From Squalus acanthias (taxonomy: Eukaryota), in contig CM059432.1 of NCBI GenBank assembly GCA_030390025.1, positions 46,316,001 through 46,380,000 on the forward strand: a stretch of DNA of 64,000 nucleotides, read 5' to 3'. This document shows, one piece after another, positions 12,301 through 24,092 of this stretch; the stretch's first letter is position 1, and every line of letters begins with the position of its first letter. The notes beneath the pieces are model-generated. The model was not told the origin of the DNA and ran no database searches. It saw nothing but the letters and a program-made list of their open reading frames with translations. Made by a program: the position numbers and the translations under genes.

Positions 12301-15300
12301 TTGGCCAAGGGAGGAATGTTGGCCAAGGGAAGAATGTTGGTCATGGGAGGAACGTTGGCCAATGGAGGAATGTTGGCCAAGGGAGGAATGTTGGTCATGG
12401 GAAGAATGTTGGTCATGGGAGGAATGTTGGCCAATGGAGGAATGTTGGCCAAGGGAGGAATGTTGGCCAAGGGAAGAATGTTGGCCAAAGGAGGAATGTT
12501 GGCCAAGGGAGGAATGTTGGCCAAGGGAGGAATGTTGGCCATGGGAGGAATGTTGGCCAAGGGAGGAATGTTGGCCAAGAGAGGAATGTTGGCCAAGGGA
12601 GGAATGTTGGCCAAGGGAGGAATGTTGGCCATGGGAGGAATGTTAGCCAATGGAGGAATGTTGGCCATGGGAGGAATGTTGGCCAAAGGAGGAATGTTGG
12701 GCCAAGGGAGGAATGTTGGCCAAGGGAGGAATGTTGGCCAAGGGAGGAATGTTGGCCAAGGGAGGAATGTTGGCCAAGAGAGGAATGTTGGCCAAGGGAG
12801 GAATGTTGGCCAAGGGAGGAATGTTGGCGAAGGGAGGAATGTTGGCCAAGGGAGGAATGTTGGCCAAGAGAGGAATGTTGGCCAAGGGAAGAATGTTGGC
12901 CAAGGGAGGAATGTTGGCGAAGGGAGGAATGTTGGCCATGGGAGGAATGTTGGCCAAGGGAGGAATGTTGGCCAAGGGAAGAATGTTGGCCATGGGAGGA
13001 ATGTTGGCCAATGGAGGAATGTTGGCCAAGAGAGGAATGTTGGCCAATGGAGGAATGTTGGCCATGGGAGGAATGTTGGCCATGGGAGGAATGTTGGCCA
13101 TGGGAGGACTGTTGGCCAAGGGAGGAATGTTGGCCAAGAGAGGAATGTTGGCCAATGGAGGAATGTTGGCCATGGGAGGAATGTTGGCCAAAGGAGGAAT
13201 GTTGGGCCAAGGGAAGAATGTTGGCCATGGGAGGAATGTTGGCCAAGGGAGGAATGTTGGCCAAGGGAAGAATGTTGGCCATGGGAGGAATGTTGGCCAT
13301 GGGAGGAATGTTGGCCAAGGGAGGAATGTTGGCCATGGGAGGAATGTTGGCCAAGGGAGGAATGTTGGCCAAGAGAGGAATGTTGGCCAAGGGAGGAATG
13401 TTGGCCAAGGGAAGAATGTTGGCCAAGGGAGGAATGTTGGTGAAGGGAGGAATGTTGGCCATGGGAGGAATGTTGGCCAAGGGAGGAATGTTGGCCAAGG
13501 GAAGAATGTTGGCCATGGGAGGAATGTTGGCCAATGGAGGAATGTTGGCCAAGAGAGGAATGTTGGCCAATGGAGGAATGTTGGCCATGGGAGGAATGTT
13601 GGCCATGGGAGGAATGTTGGCCATGGGAGGACTGTTGGCCAAGGGAGGAATGTTGGCCAAGAGAGGAATGTTGGCCAATGGAGGAATGTTGGCCATGGGA
13701 GGAATGTTGGCCAAAGGAGGAATGTTGGGCCAAGGGAAGAATGTTGGCCATGGGAGGAATGTTGGCCAAGGGAGGAATGTTGGCCAAGGGAAGAATGTTG
13801 GCCATGGGAGGAATGTTGGCCATGGGAGGAATGTTGGCCAAGGGAGGAATGTTGGCCATGGGAGGAATGTTGGCCAAGGGAGGAATGTTGGCCAAGAGAG
13901 GAATGTTGGCCAAGGGAGGAATGTTGGCCAAGGGAAGAATGTTGGCCAAGGGAGGAATGTTGGTGAAGGGAGGAATGTTGGCCATGGGAGGAATGTTGGC
14001 CAAGGGAGGAATGTTGGCCAAGGGAAGAATGTTGGCCATGGGAGGAATGTTGGCCAATGGAGGAATGTTGGCCAAGAGAGGAATGTTGGCCAATGGAGGA
14101 ATGTTGGCCATGGGAGGAATGTTGGCCATGGGAGGAATGTTGGCCATGGGAGGAATGTTGGCCAAGGGAGGAATGTTGGCCAAGAGAGGAATGTTGGCCA
14201 ATGGAGGAATGTTGGCCATGGGAGGAATGTTGGCCAAAGGAGGAATGTTGGGCCAAGGGAAGAATGTTGGCCATGGGAGGAATGTTGGCCAAGGGAGGAA
14301 TGTTGGCCAAGGGAAGAATGTTGGCCATGGGAGGAATGTTGGCCATGGGAGGAATGTTGGCCAAGGGAGGAATGTTGGCCAAGGGAGGAATGTTGGCCAT
14401 GGGAGGAATGTTGGCCAAGGGAGGAATGTTGGCCATGGGAGCAACGTTGGCCAAGGGAGGAATGTTGGCCAAGGGAGGAATGTTGGCCAAGGGAGGAATG
14501 TTGGCCATGGGAGGAATGTTGGCCAAGGGAGGAATGTTGGCCAAGGGAGGAATGTTGGCCATGGGAGCAACGTTGGCCAAGGGAGTAATGTTGGCCATGG
14601 GAGCAACGTTGGCCAAGGGAGGAATGTTGGCCAAGGGAGGAATGTTGGCCAAGGGAGCAACGTTGGCCAAGGGAGGAATGTTGGCCAAGGGAAGAATGTT
14701 GGTCATGGGAGGAACGTTGGCCAATGGAGGAATGTTGGCCAAGGGAGGAATGTTGGTCATGGGAAGAATGTTGGTCATGGGAGGAATGTTGGCCAATGGA
14801 GGAATGTTGGCCAAGGGAGGAATGTTGGCCAAGGGAAGAATGTTGGCCAAAGGAGGAATGTTGGCCAAGGGAGGAATGTTGGCCAAGGGAGGAATGTTGG
14901 CCATGGGAGGAATGTTGGCCAAGGGAGGAATGTTGGCCAAGAGAGGAATGTTGGCCAAGGGAGGAATGTTGGCCAAGGGAGGAATGTTGGCCATGGGAGG
15001 AATGTTAGCCAATGGAGGAATGTTGGCCATGGGAGGAATGTTGGCCAAAGGAGGAATGTTGGGCCAAGGGAGGAATGTTGGCCAAGGGAGGAATGTTGGC
15101 CAAGGGAGGAATGTTGGCCAAGGGAGGAATGTTGGCCAAGAGAGGAATGTTGGCCAAGGGAGGAATGTTGGCCAAGGGAGGAATGTTGGCGAAGGGAGGA
15201 ATGTTGGCCAAGGGAGGAATGTTGGCCAAGAGAGGAATGTTGGCCAAGGGAAGAATGTTGGCCAAGGGAGGAACGTTGGCCAATGGAGGAATGTTGGCCA

Positions 15301-18300
15301 AGGGAGGAATGTTGGTCATGGGAAGAATGTTGGTCATGGGAGGAATGTTGGCCAATGGAGGAATGTTGGCCAAGGGAGGAATGTTGGCCAAGGGAAGAAT
15401 GTTGGCCAAAGGAGGAATGTTGGCCAAGGGAGGAATGTTGGCCAAGGGAGGAATGTTGGCCATGGGAGGAATGTTGGCCAAGGGAGGAATGTTGGCCAAG
15501 AGAGGAATGTTGGCCAAGGGAGGAATGTTGGCCAAGGGAGGAATGTTGGCCATGGGAGGAATGTTAGCCAATGGAGGAATGTTGGCCATGGGAGGAATGT
15601 TGGCCAAAGGAGGAATGTTGGGCCAAGGGAGGAATGTTGGCCAAGGGAGGAATGTTGGCCAAGGGAGGAATGTTGGCCAAGGGAGGAATGTTGGCCAAGA
15701 GAGGAATGTTGGCCAAGGGAGGAATGTTGGCCAAGGGAGGAATGTTGGCGAAGGGAGGAATGTTGGCCAAGGGAGGAATGTTGGCCAAGAGAGGAATGTT
15801 GGCCAAGGGAAGAATGTTGGCCAAGGGAGGAATGTTGGCGAAGGGAGGAATGTTGGCCATGGGAGGAATGTTGGCCAAGGGAGGAATGTTGGCCAAGGGA
15901 AGAATGTTGGCCATGGGAGGAATGTTGGCCAATGGAGGAATGTTGGCCAAGAGAGGAATGTTGGCCAATGGAGGAATGTTGGCCATGGGAGGAATGTTGG
16001 CCATGGGAGGAATGTTGGCCATGGGAGGACTGTTGGCCAAGGGAGGAATGTTGGCCAAGAGAGGAATGTTGGCCAATGGAGGAATGTTGGCCATGGGAGG
16101 AATGTTGGCCAAAGGAGGAATGTTGGGCCAAGGGAAGAATGTTGGCCATGGGAGGAATGTTGGCCAAGGGAGGAATGTTGGCCAAGGGAAGAATGTTGGC
16201 CATGGGAGGAATGTTGGCCATGGGAGGAAAGTTGGCCAAGGGAGGAATGTTGGCCATGGGAGGAATGTTGGCCAAGGGAGGAATGTTGGCCAAGAGAGGA
16301 ATGTTGGCCAAGGGAGGAATGTTGGCCAAGGGAAGAATGTTGGCCAAGGGAGGAATGTTGGTGAAGGGAGGAATGTTGGCCATGGGAGGAATGTTGGCCA
16401 AGGGAGGAATGTTGGCCAAGGGAAGAATGTTGGCCATGGGAGGAATGTTGGCCAATGGAGGAATGTTGGCCAAGAGAGGAATGTTGGCCAATGGAGGAAT
16501 GTTGGCCATGGGAGGAATGTTGGCCATGGGAGGAATGTTGGCCATGGGAGGACTGTTGGCCAAGGGAGGAATGTTGGCCAAGAGAGGAATGTTGGCCAAT
16601 GGAGGAATGTTGGCCATGGGAGGAATGTTGGCCAAAGGAGGAATGTTGGGCCAAGGGAAGAATGTTGGCCATGGGAGGAATGTTGGCCAAGGGAGGAATG
16701 TTGGCCAAGGGAAGAATGTTGGCCAAGGGAGGAATGTTGGTCATGGGAAGAATGTTGGTCATGGGAGGAATGTTGGCCAATGGAGGAATGTTGGCCAAGG
16801 GAGGAATGTTGGCCAAGGGAAGAATGTTGGCCAAAGGAGGAATGTTGGCCAAGGGAGGAATGTTGGCCAAGGGAGGAATGTTGGCCATGGGAGGAATGTT
16901 GGCCAAGGGAGGAATGTTGGCCAAGTGAGGAATGTTGGCCAAGGGAGGAATGTTGGCCAAGGGAGGAATGTTGGCCATGGGAGGAATGTTAGCCAATGGA
17001 GGAATGTTGGCCATGGGAGGAATGTTGGCCAAAGGAGGAATGTTGGGCCAAGGGAGGAATGTTGGCCAAGGGAGGAATGTTGGCCAAGGGAGGAATGTTG
17101 GCCAAGGGAGGAATGTTGGCCAAGAGAGGAATGTTGGCCAAGGGAGGAATGTTGGCCAAGGGAGGAATGTTGGCCAAGGGAGGAATGTTGGCCAAGGGAG
17201 GAATGTTGGCCAAGAGAGGAATGTTGGCCAAGGGAAGAATGTTGGCCAAGGGAGGAATGTTGGCGAAGGGAGGAATGTTGGCCATGGGAGGAATGTTGGC
17301 CAAGGGAGGAATGTTGGCCAAGGGAAGAATGTTGGCCATGGGAGGAATGTTGGCCAATGGAGGAATGTTGGCCAAGAGAGGAATGTTGGCCAATGGAGGA
17401 ATGTTGGCCATGGGAGGAATGTTGGCCATGGGAGGAATGTTGGCCATGGGAGGACTGTTGGCCAAGGGAGGAATGTTGGCCAAGAGAGGAATGTTGGCCA
17501 ATGGAGGAATGTTGGCCATGGGAGGAATGTTGGCCAAAGGAGGAATGTTGGGCCAAGGGAAGAATGTTGGCCATGGGAGGAATGTTGGCCAAGGGAGGAA
17601 TGTTGGCCAAGGGAAGAATGTTGGCCATGGGAGGAATGTTGGCCATGGGAGGAATGTTGGCCAAGGGAGGAATGTTGGCCATGGGAGGAATGTTGGCCAA
17701 GGGAGGAATGTTGGCCAAGAGAGGAATGTTGGCCAAGGGAGGAATGTTGGCCAAGGGAAGAATGTTGGCCAAGGGAGGAATGTTGGTGAAGGGAGGAATG
17801 TTGGCCATGGGAGGAATGTTGGCCAAGGGAGGAATGTTGGCCAAGGGAAGAATGTTGGCCATGGGAGGAATGTTGGCCAATGGAGGAATGTTGGCCAAGA
17901 GAGGAATGTTGGCCAATGGAGGAATGTTGGCCATGGGAGGAATGTTGGCCATGGGAGGAATGTTGGCCATGGGAGGACTGTTGGCCAAGGGAGGAATGTT
18001 GGCCAAGAGAGGAATGTTGGCCAATGGAGGAATGTTGGCCATGGGAGGAATGTTGGCCAAAGGAGGAATGTTGGGCCAAGGGAAGAATGTTGGCCATGGG
18101 AGGAATGTTGGCCAAGGGAGGAATGTTGGCCAAGGGAAGAATGTTGGCCATGGGAGGAATGTTGGCCATGGGAGGAATGTTGGCCAAGGGAGGAATGTTG
18201 GCCATGGGAGGAATGTTGGCCAAGGGAGGAATGTTGGCCAAGAGAGGAATGTTGGCCAAGGGAGGAATGTTGGCCAAGGGAAGAATGTTGGCCAAGGGAG

Positions 18301-21300
18301 GAATGTTGGTGAAGGGAGGAATGTTGGCCATGGGAGGAATGTTGGCCAAGGGAGGAATGTTGGCCAAGGGAAGAATGTTGGCCATGGGAGGAATGTTGGC
18401 CAATGGAGGAATGTTGGCCAAGAGAGGAATGTTGGCCAATGGAGGAATGTTGGCCATGGGAGGAATGTTGGCCATGGGAGGAATGTTGGCCATGGGAGGA
18501 ATGTTGGCCAAGGGAGGAATGTTGGCCAAGAGAGGAATGTTGGCCAATGGAGGAATGTTGGCCATGGGAGGAATGTTGGCCAAAGGAGGAATGTTGGGCC
18601 AAGGGAAGAATGTTGGCCATGGGAGGAATGTTGGCCAAGGGAGGAATGTTGGCCAAGGGAAGAATGTTGGCCATGGGAGGAATGTTGGCCATGGGAGGAA
18701 TGTTGGCCAAGGGAGGAATGTTGGCCAAGGGAGGAATGTTGGCCATGGGAGGAATGTTGGCCAAGGGAGGAATGTTGGCCATGGGAGCAACGTTGGCCAA
18801 GGGAGGAATGTTGGCCAAGGGAGGAATGTTGGCCAAGGGAGGAATGTTGGCCATGGGAGGAATGTTGGCCAAGGGAGGAATGTTGGCCAAGGGAGGAATG
18901 TTGGCCATGGGAGCAACGTTGGCCAAGGGAGTAATGTTGGCCATGGGAGCAACGTTGGCCAAGGGAGGAATGTTGGCCAAGGGAGGAATGTTGGCCAAGG
19001 GAGCAACGTTGGCCAAGGGAGGAATGTTGGCCAAGGGAAGAATGTTGGTCATGGGAGGAACGTTGGCCAATGGAGGAATGTTGGCCAAGGGAGGAATGTT
19101 GGTCATGGGAAGAATGTTGGTCATGGGAGGAATGTTGGCCAATGGAGGAATGTTGGCCAAGGGAGGAATGTTGGCCAAGGGAAGAATGTTGGCCAAAGGA
19201 GGAATGTTGGCCAAGGGAGGAATGTTGGCCAAGGGAGGAATGTTGGCCATGGGAGGAATGTTGGCCAAGGGAGGAATGTTGGCCAAGAGAGGAATGTTGG
19301 CCAAGGGAGGAATGTTGGCCAAGGGAGGAATGTTGGCCATGGGAGGAATGTTAGCCAATGGAGGAATGTTGGCCATGGGAGGAATGTTGGCCAAAGGAGG
19401 AATGTTGGGCCAAGGGAGGAATGTTGGCCAAGGGAGGAATGTTGGCCAAGGGAGGAATGTTGGCCAAGGGAGGAATGTTGGCCAAGAGAGGAATGTTGGC
19501 CAAGGGAGGAATGTTGGCCAAGGGAGGAATGTTGGCGAAGGGAGGAATGTTGGCCAAGGGAGGAATGTTGGCCAAGAGAGGAATGTTGGCCAAGGGAAGA
19601 ATGTTGGCCAAGGGAGGAATGTTGGCGAAGGGAGGAATGTTGGCCATGGGAGGAATGTTGGCCAAGGGAGGAATGTTGGCCAAGGGAAGAATGTTGGCCA
19701 TGGGAGGAATGTTGGCCAATGGAGGAATGTTGGCCAAGAGAGGAATGTTGGCCAATGGAGGAATGTTGGCCATGGGAGGAATGTTGGCCATGGGAGGAAT
19801 GTTGGCCATGGGAGGACTGTTGGCCAAGGGAGGAATGTTGGCCAAGAGAGGAATGTTGGCCAATGGAGGAATGTTGGCCATGGGAGGAATGTTGGCCAAA
19901 GGAGGAATGTTGGGCCAAGGGAAGAATGTTGGCCATGGGAGGAATGTTGGCCAAGGGAGGAATGTTGGCCAAGGGAAGAATGTTGGCCATGGGAGGAATG
20001 TTGGCCATGGGAGGAATGTTGGCCAAGGGAGGAATGTTGGCCATGGGAGGAATGTTGGCCAAGGGAGGAATGTTGGCCAAGAGAGGAATGTTGGCCATGG
20101 GAGGAATGTTGGCCAAGGGAAGAATGTTGGCCAAGGGAGGAATGTTGGTGAAGGGAGAAATGTTGGCCATGGGAGGAATGTTGGCCAAGGGAGGAATGTT
20201 GGCCAAGGGAAGAATGTTGGCCATGGGAGGAATGTTGGCCAATGGAGGAATGTTGGCCAAGAGAGGAATGTTGGCCAATGGAGGAATGTTGGCCATGGGA
20301 GGAATGTTGGCCATGGGAGGAATGTTGGCCATGGGAGGACTGTTGGCCAAGGGAGGAATGTTGGCCAAGAGAGGAATGTTGGCCAATGGAGGAATGTTGG
20401 CCATGGGAGGAATGTTGGCCAAAGGAGGAATGTTGGGCCAAGGGAAGAATGTTGGCCATGGGAGGAATGTTGGCCAAGGGAGGAATGTTGGCCAAGGGAA
20501 GAATGTTGGCCATGGGAGGAATGTTGGCCATGGGAGGAATGTTGGCCAAGGGAGGAATGTTGGCCATGGGAGGAATGTTGGCCAAGGGAGGAATGTTGGC
20601 CAAGAGAGGAATGTTGGCCAAGGGAGGAATGTTGGCCAAGGGAAGAATGTTGGCCAAGGGAGGAATGTTGGTGAAGGGAGGAATGTTGGCCATGGGAGGA
20701 ATGTTGGCCAAGGGAGGAATGTTGGCCAAGGGAAGAATGTTGGCCATGGGAGGAATGTTGGCCAATGGAGGAATGTTGGCCAAGAGAGGAATGTTGGCCA
20801 ATGGAGGAATGTTGGCCATGGGAGGAATGTTGGCCATGGGAGGAATGTTGGCCATGGGAGGAATGTTGGCCAAGGGAGGAATGTTGGCCAAGAGAGGAAT
20901 GTTGGCCAATGGAGGAATGTTGGCCATGGGAGGAATGTTGGCCAAAGGAGGAATGTTGGGCCAAGGGAAGAATGTTGGCCATGGGAGGAATGTTGGCCAA
21001 GGGAGGAATGTTGGCCAAGGGAAGAATGTTGGCCATGGGAGGAATGTTGGCCATGGGAGGAATGTTGGCCAAGGGAGGAATGTTGGCCATGGGAGGAATG
21101 TTGGCCAAGGGAGGAATGTTGGCCAAGAGAGGAATGTTGGCCAAGGGAGGAATGTTGGCCAAGAGAGGAATGTTGGCCAAGGGAACAATGTTGGCCAAGG
21201 GAGGAATTTTGGCCATGGGAGGAATGTTGGCCAAGGAAGGAATGTTGTCCAAGGGAGGAATGTTGGCCAAGGGAAGAATGTTGGCCATGGGAGGAATGTT

Positions 21301-21612
21301 GGCCAAGGGAGGAATGTTGGCCAAGGGAGGAATGTTGGCCAAGGGAGGAATGTTGGCCAAGGGAAGAATGTTGGCCATGGGAGGAATGTTGGCCAATGGA
21401 GGAATGTTGGCAATGGGAGGAATGTTGGCCATGGGAGGAATGTTGGCCATGGGAAGAATGTTGGCGAAGGGAGGAATGTTGGCCAATGGAGGAATGTTTG
21501 CCAAGGGAGGAATGTTTGACATGGGAGGAATGTTGGCCAAGGGAGGAATGTTGGCCAAGGGAGGAATGTTGGCCATGGGAGGAATGTTGGCCATTGGAGG
21601 AATGTTGGTGAA
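9333..21612. repeat. 12.3-kb tandem satellite, 18-bp unit TGGCCAAGGGAGGAATGT (~680 copies) with higher-order repeats
   Basis: Directly visible; recurrent variants (CCATGGG, GGAAGAA, AAGAGAG, GAGCAACG) and sixteen 19-bp (+G) units. Confidence 0.99.
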
Positions 21613-21860
21613 GTCACTGGGGGAACTCCCCTGCTCTTCTTCAAGTAGTGCCATGAGATTTTTTACTTTCAGCTGAAAGAACAGACAGGGCCTCAGGTTA
21701 GCATCTCATCTGAAAGACAGCACCTTCAACAGTGCAGCACTCCCTTAGTACTGCACTGAAGTATTGGCCTAAATTATGTGCTCAAGTCTCTGGAGTGTGG
21801 TTTGAATCCATGACCTTCTGACTCAGGTGAGTATGCTACCACTGAGTCAAAGCTGACACC
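21613..21860 (-). mobile_element. 5' half of Deu-domain SINE (tRNA head at right), contiguous with the satellite
   Basis: cactgggggaactcccctgctcttcttc...cagtgcagcactcccttagtactgcactg...gctaccactgagtcaaagctgacacc is collinear with 60293-60537. Confidence 0.9.
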
Positions 21861-21865
21861 TTAAA

Positions 21866-21900
21866 TGGATAGATAGATAGATTGATAGATAGATGGATGG
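21866..21900. repeat. (GATA)n/(GATG)n microsatellite
   Basis: ggatagatagatagattgatagatagatggatgg. Confidence 0.9.
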
Positions 21901-23077
21901 AGGGACATAGATATTCTCTTAGACTTTCAACCCCCTGCCCCGCCAAGTTCTAGTGGATCTAGGGCGGGTGGAAGTAGAAAGATGCTTAGGGATACGGTCT
22001 GTCATATCTTCGACTATATGCATCTCCTACGCCCTTTCTGGAGGGCTGGTCCCAAGAGGGCAGAATATGCCTAATCATTTGTGGGCAAGTATAAGTTAAA
22101 GGTATATAAATGTTTTCTGCCAATAGCACTGTTTGAATGCTGGATACAAGGCCATCTCTTTGGCCCAGGCACCCAACATTCCATACTTGGTGGAAGGAAA
22201 TATAAAATTCTCCATTCAGCCATGGAAAGTATTCATGGAATGCTACCTTGCATAGGCCCAAGAGGGGAGTCTGACTTTTTTTTACAAAACAGAATTTTGC
22301 ATGCAGTATGTAGACTGTCTTCATTCATCTCTGCAGCAGGCCCCCAAGGCTTGCCATGTCAGAACTCCCCTCTTTTTTCAACAGTGGCCAGGAAGCCCAC
22401 CTCTAATAATATAACCATCCTGAGGCTGGAAAGTCTGCTGGGACAGGGGGCACCTCTGTGGTGTGACGTCCCACTCCCTATAGAAGGTCTTCAATCAAGG
22501 TGGACATGGAAAGCATAGGCCATACAGTTTGGAAAGGGTTCGTGATTTAAGTGTAATTCCTCTGCATTAACAGGTTTCCCTAACCTCAGAAATACCACAC
22601 GAGGATAGACTTTTACCATATCCTATACTATTTTTCCATTTATTTTATTCTTGATAAATATCTGGTTAATTTCTTTATTGAGGTGAGACAGTTTGAACAA
22701 ATGATAGAAGGAATCAGTTGTAAGGGGGCGTGTCTCAGACGGTGCTGGTGCGAGGTTTGGCCTTCGTTGCCTATACTATTGCTTGCTCTGGTCTCCGGCC
22801 AGCCTTTTTGCAATAAGCACCTGTGAGTGGTTCGACCCACTCGCCCTTACGGTTCTAACACTGGACTTAGGTGCAGGGAGCAGTAATGCAGAGAAAACTT
22901 CAAATAGACCCGGTTGAATAGCACGAAATGGAAATCTTTATTGCATGGCGTCTAAAATCATGAAATACATGTCATAGGCGCAAATCAAAGATAGTACAAG
23001 TATACATACATTCATAAAGCTTGGTCTATGGAAATGGACAAAAATGAGAAGTCGCACAACACCAGGTTATAGTCCAA

Positions 23078-23970
23078 GGGGTAGAAATTAGGTCGCGCCC
23101 CATTTGGGGCGCAAATATCGTCCGGACGCAAATATTAGCGCCTGGCGCTAATTATCGGCACTGACAGGAAACTTCACTTTTACCGCCCCGGGAGGTGAGT
23201 GGAGCGCTAAAGCAGGCGCTGCACACCTCTCTTAAGGCGCAAAGGCCGAGCAGTGAGGCGCTAACTCGGAGTGCTGGCGAAGCTCATGTAATGTCAGTCA
23301 GCAATGGAACACACACACAATGGCACGGGCCAGTTCTTAAAGGGGATGGTTAATCTTGCTTTCCATCCACATCCTGTTCATTGCAGCCTTGAATCTCGGC
23401 CTGGAGAGACTTGCACATCAAATGTGCTGGAAAGAACAATGGAGAGTACCAGGCAAAGAGCTCAGAGTGCAGCTCCCACAGTCTCTGCTAAATCGATACA
23501 AGGAATGGCAAATCAAAATGAACCTGCAAAGTGCTGCTCAGTACCCAAAACTCCTTCACACAACGTTGAATCTCTCCAGAAGTCTCTCCCTCTCTCTCTC
23601 AGAATGCGTAGTTGAAAAATGCCACCAACAATAAAAGACAGGAAGAGGCCCCCTTTAAATAGCGCCCCCCCCAGCCCCACAGCGATTGATAGCGTTCCAG
23701 TCTTCTGGTCGTTGGAAGCGCCAGGCGGTAAGGCAGGGGGCGCCATTCAATTTCCACTACGGGGCGCCACAAGGGCGTTGCACCATGGAATGACGTCACA
23801 ATCTGCGCGCGCAGGTGGTCGCAGCGGTAAGTTTTAGCGCCGCCGCACAATCTCAAGTTAAGTTCTCGAGCGGCGCAAACATCGCTGCGCCCGGGCGTTA
23901 GCGGCTTTGCGCCCCATTAGCGCCCTCTTAAGGCGCTAACGGGAAGCGCAACCAAGTGAATTTTTACCCC
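23078..23970. mobile_element. Harbinger-type non-autonomous element/MITE (893 bp)
   Basis: TIR ggggtagaaatt / aatttttacccc; flanks CAA / TAA; GC-rich subterminal gcgc repeats. Confidence 0.8.
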
Positions 23971-24051
23971 TAAGAGTTTTTTTGAAATCACAAGCTTTTG
24001 GAGCTATCGATCGCCCCTTCCTCAGGTGAAGTAAAGAGATACAGATTCTGT

Positions 24052-24092
24052 ATCCTGAGGAAGGGGCGATCGATAGCTCCGAAAGCTTGTGA
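24052..24092 (+). ncRNA. Minimal hammerhead ribozyme motif (second PLE family)
   Basis: CTGAGGA-a-ggggc[gatcgata]gctcc-GAAA-GCTT-gtga; palindromic AGCT stem III; mirror copy on the minus strand at ~23986-24029 has GAAA>AAAA. Confidence 0.6.

Noticed and set aside
9333..21612. CRISPR array
   Set aside because: No unique spacers, no cas genes, vertebrate context.
9333..21612. Telomeric or centromeric repeat
   Set aside because: Not TTAGGG-based; only 12 kb and flanked by ordinary interspersed DNA; centromere function cannot be inferred from sequence.
9258..21676. Giant ORFs (up to 1795 aa) of (GQGRNV)n, (WPREEC)n, (LAKGGM)n, (LANIPP)n etc.
   Set aside because: The 18-bp unit happens to lack stops in all six frames. 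The +1 units shift frame every ~0.5 kb, and variants create stops with no frame clearly protected. An upstream ATG at 9258 exists, but nothing else supports translation.
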